Assembly: GCA_031370005.1 (NCBI GenBank)
Contig: JANMPT010000021.1
Coordinates: 1-64,000, forward strand
Length of the DNA stretch: 64,000 bases
Source: Bdellovibrionales bacterium
Lineage (GTDB): Bacteria > Bdellovibrionota > Bdellovibrionia > Bdellovibrionales > Bdellovibrionaceae
Direction: 5' to 3'
The notes under the pieces were generated by a model that was given only the letters and a program-made list of their open reading frames with translations, was not told the origin of the DNA and did no database searches. The translations under genes and the position numbers were made by a program. This document shows, piece after piece, positions 28,330 through 36,606 of this stretch; positions within the stretch are counted from its first letter, which is position 1; each line of letters begins with the position of its first letter.

Positions 28330-29658
28330 CTAAGCGGCCTGAATCCTAAAGGGCGTAGTTGCGATTGGGTAGGTGCCGGCCTCGGTAGCACAGCTTAAAC
28401 TGAGCTCCATTGTTGTTGAGTTTTTTAACTCTGAATTAACTAAGATAAAATTTGATTTTCCATAATAAAAAAGCTGACCCTCTTCGGTTCTTCTTTTCAT
28501 CATGTTGCCTACAGAAGAGCTGTGAATGGCACTCGAGGTAACCTCAAAAGTCTTAAAACCAAAAATATCTTCAGACAGCTCTTGAACTTGAGACGAATGC
28601 ACGTCGCCTGAGAAAAGAGCCGCGGGTTTTCCTGAGGACTTGAGAAGTTTTTTTAGCATTCTGAGTGAAGGTGTTGCGCTTTTTTCCACTGATTCTGAAA
28701 GGAAAAAATACTTAAAAAACTGAGTCCCATTTATAATCCACGCTGGGTTTTTACTTGCAGCGAAATCCTGAACAAACCAGCTTTCCTGCTGGCTTCCCCA
28801 TTGCGTATTTTTATTCTCACGAAAACTACGTCCATCTAACATATGAAGATCAAGCCCAAAGGCTCTAAGCCTAAATGCCACACCTGGCCCATAGCTCAAA
28901 CGAGCATGATACTCTGGCATTGGGTAAAATGTACGGAAAATCACTTTCATTTCATTTTTATAAGGATGGGAACCATCCCCATTATTGGTCCCATAGTCAT
29001 GATCATCCCAAACAGAAATACTAGGGATTAAAGGATCAAGACGATAGAGATTTACTAAATTCCAAGTTTCAACATAGCGTCCTAAAGCGGTCCCTGGAAC
29101 CTCTGGAGTTCCAAAAACAGAACTTGCCCGAGAATTACTGTAAACCATGTCACCAATAAGTAAGTTCAAATCAGGGCGCTCTTCCTCAAGGCGAGAGTAC
29201 ATTTGCCACTGCGAATTTAGATTGCGGTAATTTGCACAAGATATCACCGCAATCTTGGGAAGCTTTAAATCTAAATCCAAGCCCTTTAAACTCCGCACGT
29301 CGATGAGTTTCTTTCTTTGATCATAAACGGCAATTTGACTGTATGAAGCTGTTGAAAGCCCATCAACTTGAAGACGATAAAGAACTCTGCCACTCCCCGA
29401 TAGACTATCAATTTTTATCAAACTCACTTTTAGATTTGGATTACTATAGGCAGAAAATTCCCAACCAGGCTCACCCATGACAACGACAAGAGAGCTTGAG
29501 TTATCAGCCCAAACTTGGAGCATCGGAACTCGGGACGTATTTTTATTTTCTAAGGACGCTTTAGAATCCTCGTCGATCATTCCAAGTGCTATTGGAGTAG
29601 CTACTAAAGCTTGTAAAAACTTGCGCCGGGGCAGCTTGCAATCATCCTGATATGCCAT
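28330..29658 (-). CDS. PhoD-like alkaline phosphatase/phosphodiesterase with Tat signal
   Basis: RRKFL twin-arginine signal; SCAN, IGDMVY, WDDHD, LDGRS, SGDVH. Confidence 0.88.
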   Translation of the reverse strand: MAYQDDCKLPRRKFLQALVATPIALGMIDEDSKASLENKNTSRVPMLQVWADNSSSLVVVMGEPGWEFSAYSNPNLKVSLIKIDSLSGSGRVLYRLQVDGLSTASYSQIAVYDQRKKLIDVRSLKGLDLDLKLPKIAVISCANYRNLNSQWQMYSRLEEERPDLNLLIGDMVYSNSRASSVFGTPEVPGTALGRYVETWNLVNLYRLDPLIPSISVWDDHDYGTNNGDGSHPYKNEMKVIFRTFYPMPEYHARLSYGPGVAFRLRAFGLDLHMLDGRSFRENKNTQWGSQQESWFVQDFAASKNPAWIINGTQFFKYFFLSESVEKSATPSLRMLKKLLKSSGKPAALFSGDVHSSQVQELSEDIFGFKTFEVTSSAIHSSSVGNMMKRRTEEGQLFYYGKSNFILVNSELKNSTTMELSLSCATEAGTYPIATTPFRIQAA

Positions 29659-29715
29659 AACTAAATATTCACATCCTTGTTGAGTTATGGCATCAACAAG
29701 TCATCTAGTTCAGAC

Positions 29716-32352
29716 TTAAGTCTTAGGCTTTAAAAGTGGCTTTAGAAATTTCCCTGTCTCGCTATTTTTAACTTTTGCAATTTGCTCAGGAGTTCCTGTG
29801 GCAACGATAAGGCCTCCGCCTTTACCTCCATCAGGTCCTAGGTCAATGACATGGTCAGAACATTTCACTACCTCTAGATTGTGCTCAATGACGAGCAAAG
29901 TATTCCCTTGATCAGCAAGATCTTGGATCAACTCAACTAATTTCTTCACGTCATCAAAGTGTAAGCCTGTGGTCGGTTCATCAAGAATATACAAAGTCCT
30001 TCCTGTGCCACGACGAGAGAGCTCCTTAGATAATTTCACTCGCTGAGCTTCGCCACCAGATAAAGTCGTAGAGCTCTGCCCAAGAGTCATATAGTCAAGT
30101 CCTACGCGGTTCAGTGTCTCAAGTTTACGATAAATTTGTGGTAAGTTTTTAAAAAACTCCAGAGCATCTAAGACTGTCATATTCAAAACATCTGAAATAG
30201 ACTTCCCTTTGAATTTTACATTCAATGTTTCCCGATTGTAGCGAGCTCCCATGCAGGTTTCACACTTCACAAAAACATCACTCATAAAGTGCATTTCGAC
30301 TCGGATCTGACCATGTCCCATACAGGTTTCACAGCGTCCCCCCTTTACGTTAAAACTAAAACGTCCTGGAGGATAGCCACGGAGTTTTGAGTCCGGTAAG
30401 TTTGCATATAAATCGCGAATCATCGGAAACAATCCAACATAGGTTGCAGGAGTGGAACGAGGCGTTCGGCCAATAGGTCTTTGATTGATATCAATGACCT
30501 TGTCAATATGTTCAATCCCCTCCAGTCTTTGAAAGTTCGAGGGACTAGCATTGGCTTTATAAAAACGTTGAGCCAAAATTTTAAAAAGTGTATCAATAAT
30601 TAAAGTACTCTTACCACTGCCAGAAACCCCAGTAACAGCAGTGAAAGTTCCAAGTGGAATTTCCAAAGTCACATTTTGCAGATTATTGCCGGTCGCGCCT
30701 ATCAAACGTAACTTATGACCATTGCCCACGCGCCGTTGAGTTGGAATTGAAATACGCATTTCCCCAGATAGATATTTACCCGTCAAACTTTTTGGATTTG
30801 CTTCAATCTCCTGAGGAGTACCCGCAGCCATTAACTCCCCACCCAAACGCCCAGCACGAGGCCCCAGATCCACCACATGATCTGCAAAACGAATGGTGTC
30901 CTCATCATGCTCAACTAGTAAAATAGTATTTCCACGATCTTTCAGTTCTCTGATGATATTTAATAAACGATGATGATCACGAGGATGCAGCCCAATCGAA
31001 GGTTCATCCATCACATACAATACGCCAATCAATGAAGAGCCCACTTGTGTCGCTAAACGAATACGTTGAGCCTCTCCACCAGATAGAGTTCGCGATGGAC
31101 GACTCAATGACAAATACCCCGTTCCTACGCGAATTAGATAATCCAAACGGTTCACAATTTGTTTTACGATTTTTTCGGCGATCATCTGGTCTTTGACGTC
31201 CCAAGCTACTTGCGAAATCCAATCTCGTAGTTCCACGGTATTTAAATCAGAAAGCTCGACAATGTTTTTTTCATGAATACGAATATTTAAAGACTCTTTT
31301 TTAAGTCTGGCACCCAGACAATCTGGACAGGAAGAAAGTACCATCTCCTCACTTTCTTCCTCTTCCGCATCATTTGACGATGATAGTTTTTTACCTTTAT
31401 AAGTGTATTTTACTTTTTCAAGACGACGACTGCCCACCTCGCCGTCCGTAAATTCCTCTTCTTCCACCAGATCAGCCGTGCCAAGCCCATGACAAGTCAC
31501 ACAAGCCCCGCGAGGATTATTAAAACTAAAAATTCTGGGTTCAATTTCAGGAAAACTATAACCACACTCAGGGCATGCTGAATGCAAACTATATGAAATG
31601 CGCTCCCCATTCAACGTCTGAATTACTACACGGCCATTGGCCATACTCAAAGCCGTATTAATACTCTCTGATAAACGCAACTTAATGGAGTCTTTTAAGA
31701 CAATCTGATCAACAACTAGGTCGATATCATGGCTCTTGGTCTTTGCAAGCTTGGTGGCTTTTTCAAGTTCAATCAATTTACCGTCAACCTGAGCTTTCAC
31801 AAAACCCTTACGAGCCCAGCGCTGAAACTCCGCCATAAATTCGCCCTTTTTACCTTGAGCCATCGGGGCTAAAATATAAAATTTCGCAGACTGAGAATTT
31901 TTCGAAGCCGTTTTCAAAATCTCTGAGATAATCTGCTGTGGTGTTTGGCTGCTCACTGGAATGTGGTGAGTTGGGCATTCTGGCACACCAACTTTAGCAA
32001 ATAATAAGCGCATATAGTCGTAGATCTCCGTCACAGTGCCGACGGTGGATCGAGGGTTGGTGCTCACGGATTTTTGATCAATGGCAATGGCTGGAGAAAG
32101 ACCTGTTACTGATTCAACGTCAGGCTTTTTTAATTGCTCTAAAAAATTTCGAGCATAGGCCGAAAGACTTTCAACATAGCGGCGCTGGCCTTCGGCATAA
32201 ATTGTATCAAAAGCAAGACTTGATTTTCCACTGCCACTGAGGCCAGTGAAAACTGTGATTTTATTACGAGGAATAAGTACACTCACATCTTTAAGATTGT
32301 GTTCTTTTGCGCTTTTGACGACGATGCCATCGAATTCTTGATTTGAAGTCAT
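29716..32352 (-). CDS. uvrA: Excinuclease ABC subunit A
   Basis: Two ABC ATPase modules (GLSGSGKSS, LSGGEAQR, GVSGSGKS, DEPTTGLH) and zinc-finger CxxC motifs. Confidence 0.98.
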   Translation of the reverse strand: MTSNQEFDGIVVKSAKEHNLKDVSVLIPRNKITVFTGLSGSGKSSLAFDTIYAEGQRRYVESLSAYARNFLEQLKKPDVESVTGLSPAIAIDQKSVSTNPRSTVGTVTEIYDYMRLLFAKVGVPECPTHHIPVSSQTPQQIISEILKTASKNSQSAKFYILAPMAQGKKGEFMAEFQRWARKGFVKAQVDGKLIELEKATKLAKTKSHDIDLVVDQIVLKDSIKLRLSESINTALSMANGRVVIQTLNGERISYSLHSACPECGYSFPEIEPRIFSFNNPRGACVTCHGLGTADLVEEEEFTDGEVGSRRLEKVKYTYKGKKLSSSNDAEEEESEEMVLSSCPDCLGARLKKESLNIRIHEKNIVELSDLNTVELRDWISQVAWDVKDQMIAEKIVKQIVNRLDYLIRVGTGYLSLSRPSRTLSGGEAQRIRLATQVGSSLIGVLYVMDEPSIGLHPRDHHRLLNIIRELKDRGNTILLVEHDEDTIRFADHVVDLGPRAGRLGGELMAAGTPQEIEANPKSLTGKYLSGEMRISIPTQRRVGNGHKLRLIGATGNNLQNVTLEIPLGTFTAVTGVSGSGKSTLIIDTLFKILAQRFYKANASPSNFQRLEGIEHIDKVIDINQRPIGRTPRSTPATYVGLFPMIRDLYANLPDSKLRGYPPGRFSFNVKGGRCETCMGHGQIRVEMHFMSDVFVKCETCMGARYNRETLNVKFKGKSISDVLNMTVLDALEFFKNLPQIYRKLETLNRVGLDYMTLGQSSTTLSGGEAQRVKLSKELSRRGTGRTLYILDEPTTGLHFDDVKKLVELIQDLADQGNTLLVIEHNLEVVKCSDHVIDLGPDGGKGGGLIVATGTPEQIAKVKNSETGKFLKPLLKPKT

Positions 32353-32405
32353 TTCGATATTCTATAAAAGTAGCAAGCGCCGGGCAAGAAGAGCTTTAAT
32401 GCTCC

Positions 32406-32924
32406 TTACTTGGTCCTTACTAAGGTTTCCTCTGATTGACAGACTGGACACACACCGTAAAGCTCAAGGACATGGTGGGTCAATTGGAAGCCAAATTGTT
32501 TTGCCACTTTCTCTTGCAGAGCCTCGATAGTTTTATTCTCAAACTCAGAGATTTTCCCACAACGAATACAAGTAAGGTGATCATGGTGATTTTTTAAATT
32601 GAGCTCATAACGAGCTGCCAAGCCACCCATGCGCAGTTCAGAAACAAAATTGCATTCCGTCAGTGTTCTTAGAAATCGATAAACCGTGGCAAAACCAATT
32701 TCTGGATGATCTTCATACACTTTTTCAAAAAGTTCCTGGGCAGTGACATGACGACGCCCCTGACTGAGAGCTTTTAAAATGGCCATTCGCTGAGTTGTGA
32801 CCTTCATATTAAGCGTACGAATAATACTTTTTAACTCTTGCTCCCCACTCTCTCCACTATAAACGATAATATCCTCATCTTTTTGGCGTGGTAAGGAAGG
32901 AACTGACTCTCGACTCATGGACAC
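32406..32924 (-). CDS. fur: Fur family transcriptional regulator
   Basis: TTQRMAIL, H.TAQE, IGFATVYR, HHDHLTCIRC, YGVCPVC. Confidence 0.9.
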   Translation of the reverse strand: MSMSRESVPSLPRQKDEDIIVYSGESGEQELKSIIRTLNMKVTTQRMAILKALSQGRRHVTAQELFEKVYEDHPEIGFATVYRFLRTLTECNFVSELRMGGLAARYELNLKNHHDHLTCIRCGKISEFENKTIEALQEKVAKQFGFQLTHHVLELYGVCPVCQSEETLVRTK

Positions 32925-32976
32925 CTCTAGGCAAGAGGCTAGCTATATGCTAAGGCAAATTTAAAGTCTAGTTAAT

Positions 32977-32991
32977 TAAGAATCATTATCA
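32977..32991. promoter_or_regulatory. Fur box (7-1-7) upstream of fur
   Basis: Minus strand TGATAAT-G-ATTCTTA versus TGATAAT-N-ATTATCA (12/14), about 55 bp upstream of the fur start. Confidence 0.65.
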
Positions 32992-33113
32992 CTTAGAGCT
33001 GATGCAAAAAGCGCCTCAGCCTGAGTAATTATGATTTTAAACAAAACTCAATAGTGTTCCTTAGTAAAAGACACCACATACAGTAGCTTAAGTCGCTCTA
33101 CCAGGAGATTCAA

Positions 33114-33599
33114 ATGATTAAGTTTGTCACTTTTTTTATTCTCGCCTTTGCTCTTGTCTCTGTATGTTTAGCAGACACAGAGCTTCCTCTTCCAGGGCCT
33201 GGGTCTCCACCCTCACAAGGGCCTGGGTCTCCACCGCCACAAGGGCCTGAGAGTAGTACTTATACTATAGGCAGTGGACAGGTTGGACGCTTCAAAGAAC
33301 GCAGCTTCATTTTCTCCATACCTTCAAATCTCAATCGTATTCGTGGGTTGAGAGTTACTTGTACTCATCAAAAAATTAAAATTAAAAACATAACAGTCCA
33401 GTTCGCCGATGGGGAAGTGTCTGAGCAAACAGACCTCCTGGGAACTCTCAGTCTTGGAGAATTCAGAATCAGCTATTTACCTGGCAAAGCCGTCGCTGTC
33501 ATTACGGTTGTAGCCTCAAGTTCTTCGCTCTTTCGAAAAGATGGCGTCTTTATGTTAGATGCAACTACAGCAAATGCCTATTCAGGGACAGGCTTGTAA
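33114..33599 (+). CDS. Secreted hypothetical protein with Pro-rich repeat and beta-rich domain
   Basis: AGGAG RBS, signal peptide, GPGSPPxQ repeat. Confidence 0.7.
   Translation: MIKFVTFFILAFALVSVCLADTELPLPGPGSPPSQGPGSPPPQGPESSTYTIGSGQVGRFKERSFIFSIPSNLNRIRGLRVTCTHQKIKIKNITVQFADGEVSEQTDLLGTLSLGEFRISYLPGKAVAVITVVASSSSLFRKDGVFMLDATTANAYSGTGL
33194..33249 (+). repeat. In-frame 24-bp tandem repeat (2.3 copies)
   Basis: agggcctgggtctccaccctcaca / agggcctgggtctccaccgccaca / agggcctg. Confidence 0.9.
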
Positions 33600-34058
33600 G
33601 CTGTTAATTAAACCATAAATTGTATTGCGTGCCCGTAGGTTTTCGCCTTGATAAACCATACGATCTAGACGCTGCAATTCAAATATCATGTCTTGCTTAC
33701 CCAAGCAGCCAGGAGGCGGAAATAATTGGGCCGGCCGACCCGAAGTGTTTAAACACTGATTTTTATTGATATCAAAACTTTTTTTAGCACAATTTTCTGA
33801 TTCATAGACTTCATATGTTTTGTTACCAATATTTTGAATACACTCAAGCTTACCAGAATCAAAACTCATACTTGTACAGATATCAATTGCGGCTTGATCG
33901 AAATACTCAAAGCTCCCGATTGCAGAAATACAAGCATCCCTATTGCGATCAAAGCTCATGCTAGTACAGATCTCAAAAGCCTGTTGACGACCAGCTGCTT
34001 GAACCATAGCGCCAAATAAAATCATCAAAACAATTAAAGTTATTAATTTCATATCCAT
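33582..34058 (-). CDS. Secreted Cys-repeat hypothetical protein
   Basis: Signal peptide; three CxxxSFDxxxxxC repeats of about 29-30 aa. Confidence 0.75.
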   Translation of the reverse strand: MDMKLITLIVLMILFGAMVQAAGRQQAFEICTSMSFDRNRDACISAIGSFEYFDQAAIDICTSMSFDSGKLECIQNIGNKTYEVYESENCAKKSFDINKNQCLNTSGRPAQLFPPPGCLGKQDMIFELQRLDRMVYQGENLRARNTIYGLINSLQACP

Positions 34059-34086
34059 CCCTTTATTTTTTCTTTTAACACTCTAT

Positions 34087-34536
34087 TTATTTCAAATTCC
34101 TAGTAATAGTGCAAAGCTCATCACATCTTTCATTATAAGTATTGCCGGCATGAGCCTTGACCCATTTCCAATCAATTTGATGACTTTCATTCAAATCATC
34201 TAAGGCTTTGATTTGATCCAAATGAGGTATCGAGCGACCATTTTTCTTCAGCCATCCATAGGACTTCCATTCAGACATTCGAAGTGTCACAGCATCAACT
34301 AGAATTCTTGAGTCAGAATAAAGAGTAATATGAGAATTTGCAGGAAGGGATTTCAAAGCTTCAATTGCGGCCTGAAACTCCATAAAATTACTATTGCAGT
34401 TTCGCATACTTCCTGAACACTCACGATGAATTTTACCACTTCTGACGATGACATAAGCCCATGAACCGCAGCCATCCTTACAGCTACCGTCAGTATAAAC
34501 CTCATAAGCCTTACGAAAAACACCCCATTGAAGCAT
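34087..34536 (-). CDS. rnhA: Ribonuclease HI
   Basis: YTDGSC, N.ME, YSDS, WKWVKAHAG..YNERCD (D-E-D-D catalytic residues). Confidence 0.93.
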   Translation of the reverse strand: MLQWGVFRKAYEVYTDGSCKDGCGSWAYVIVRSGKIHRECSGSMRNCNSNFMEFQAAIEALKSLPANSHITLYSDSRILVDAVTLRMSEWKSYGWLKKNGRSIPHLDQIKALDDLNESHQIDWKWVKAHAGNTYNERCDELCTITRNLK

Positions 34537-34584
34537 ATCTTCAGATTAAAACACATAATTGAGAAATTTTCTAATTATCAAGTC

Positions 34585-35511
34585 CTAGCGCAAGCCACCG
34601 GCCACACCTTTAGTAATCAAGGCTTCGGCATTGTGAGGATGCAGACTCTCGAGGTGTTTAACCTCAATTCGATAATCCACAATGTCTTTAACGCGATCCA
34701 AAATTATTTTAATTCTACGAGAGGCATCTTCGCAAAACATCAAATTTTGTCCATTGCGAAGAGCAAACTCTTGTTCATCTTCACGTTTCACGGCCCCTTG
34801 CACCGGGGTTTGCAAAGCGTCTTCAACGATATCGATAAGATCTTCAAAACTCAAAGTTGAATGCGAAGATATTAACTGTACCTTAACTCTTGCCTCACTT
34901 CTTTGCGCATGTGGTGTCGCAACCACACCTTGGGTACTGCCAAGCCATTGATGTATGTCATCGAAGTTCAATTCCTCTTGGCTTAAAAACTCTTGCTTAA
35001 AATTTTCTTGGATCAACTGACGAGACAGGGCCGCTGAGGCCGGGCAAGTGCTGGAATATGTGACCAGAACTTCTGCAAAAATCTTGGCACTAGCCTCCAT
35101 ATTTTCAGCTGACAAAGTCACCGGGTAAGTTCGCCAGGCCTTGTTTTCAGACTTAAGTGATTTTCTTTGAAGAGGAGCCTCAAATTTCACGGCAACAAAA
35201 GAACGACGACTGAGCTCTTCATGAGTTTTTAAAAACTCTTGAGATAACTCCTCTAAAACAGCATAACTTAAAGTTTTACTTGAAAGATATTCTTGTGCTG
35301 AAAGATACAAACGTGACATATGGATTCCGCGGGAAGAAGCACGATCTAAGCTGACCTTGGCCTCCACGCGGGCCGGAACTCGAAATAAAACAGACTCATC
35401 TGATAAAAGCAAAATTGGAACTTCAATATTCCCCATACCCACTTGGTCTATGGGCGGATAAAAATCTTTTCTCATTTCATTGGCGACATCTGGCAGCTTA
35501 TGTTTATCCAT
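34585..35511 (-). CDS. folE2: GTP cyclohydrolase IB
   Basis: IDQVGM, RGIHMSRLY, YSSTCP.S, TPHAQRS, VKREDEQ, NLMFCED, ESLHPHNA. Confidence 0.93.
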   Translation of the reverse strand: MDKHKLPDVANEMRKDFYPPIDQVGMGNIEVPILLLSDESVLFRVPARVEAKVSLDRASSRGIHMSRLYLSAQEYLSSKTLSYAVLEELSQEFLKTHEELSRRSFVAVKFEAPLQRKSLKSENKAWRTYPVTLSAENMEASAKIFAEVLVTYSSTCPASAALSRQLIQENFKQEFLSQEELNFDDIHQWLGSTQGVVATPHAQRSEARVKVQLISSHSTLSFEDLIDIVEDALQTPVQGAVKREDEQEFALRNGQNLMFCEDASRRIKIILDRVKDIVDYRIEVKHLESLHPHNAEALITKGVAGGLR

Positions 35512-35628
35512 TTTTAATTCCTGCAAATTTTAATGATTTTCAGACTCACACTTTGTGAATGAACTATATACTCTCAAGCTGGTGTTTTAGCTCGAATTTT
35601 CTATTTTTTTGACTTATAAATGAAGTAA

Positions 35629-36201
35629 ATGAAAAAATTAGTCCTCGCAAGCACTTCCAAATATCGTCAAGAGCTTTTAAAGCAATTAGGCCTGACCTTT
35701 GAAATTCAAAAACCCCTTATTGATGAAGAGGCGGAAAAAGATCCCTCACTAAGCCCTCAAAAGTTGGCTGAAAAATTGGCATTTTTGAAAGCGCAAAGCC
35801 TAAAGGGCATGGGCTTGGTTGTCATTGGTACCGACCAATTGGTCGCCTGCGGCAGTAAGATTTTTGGAAAACCACATACCCATGACCAGGCCATTGAGCA
35901 GCTACTCTATCTGCAAGGAAAGGTTCACGAGCTTATAACTGCCACCTGTATTTTTGACGACGAAAAATGGACTCCTTTCGTTGACATCACCCGTCTGCAT
36001 ATGAAAGCGCTCTCCAGGGAACAAATTAAACGTTATATTACTCTGGATCAGCCCCTTGATTCTTCTGGATCCTATAAAATTGAAAACCACGGCATGATGC
36101 TCTTTAACAAAATTGAGAGTGATGATTTTAGCGCCATTCAAGGCTTGCCCCTGCTGGCACTATCCCAGATACTAAAGGACTCTGGCTTTGCAATTCCATG
36201 A
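35629..36201 (+). CDS. maf: Maf family nucleoside triphosphate pyrophosphatase (YceF-like)
   Basis: LVLASTSKYRQELL, IDE, KA, DQ, GKP, GSYKIE, IQGLPL. Confidence 0.92.
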   Translation: MKKLVLASTSKYRQELLKQLGLTFEIQKPLIDEEAEKDPSLSPQKLAEKLAFLKAQSLKGMGLVVIGTDQLVACGSKIFGKPHTHDQAIEQLLYLQGKVHELITATCIFDDEKWTPFVDITRLHMKALSREQIKRYITLDQPLDSSGSYKIENHGMMLFNKIESDDFSAIQGLPLLALSQILKDSGFAIP

Positions 36202-36209
36202 GGTGAGCT

Positions 36210-36605
36210 GTGGATACTGAACTTTTAAAATGGGCGCTCGAGGGTCAAAAAAATTCCTATGCCCCCTACTCTGGAAAACATATTGGTGCTGCGGTCCTAA
36301 TGGATAACGGCAAGATTTATAATGGCTGTAATGTTGAAAACGCATCCTATGGGGGAACTGTTTGTGCTGAACGCACCGCAATTTTTAAAGCTATTAGTGA
36401 TGGTGCCAAGAAAATTAAAGAAGTGATGGTTGTTAGCTCAGAGCAAAACCCATGGCCCCCTTGCGGATTTTGCCGTCAGGTGATTGCTGAATTTGCAGGC
36501 CCAGACACTCAGATTCATCTTTCAAACCCACAAGGGCACTCTCGCACTTTGAATTTTATAGACCTATTTCCTGAAGCTTTCGGTCCAGCCCAATTACAGA
36601 AATAA
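36210..36605 (+). CDS. cdd: Cytidine deaminase (homotetrameric type)
   Basis: YAPYS, GCNVENASYG, CAER, PCGFCRQ. Confidence 0.95.
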   Translation: MDTELLKWALEGQKNSYAPYSGKHIGAAVLMDNGKIYNGCNVENASYGGTVCAERTAIFKAISDGAKKIKEVMVVSSEQNPWPPCGFCRQVIAEFAGPDTQIHLSNPQGHSRTLNFIDLFPEAFGPAQLQK

Positions 36606-36606
36606 T

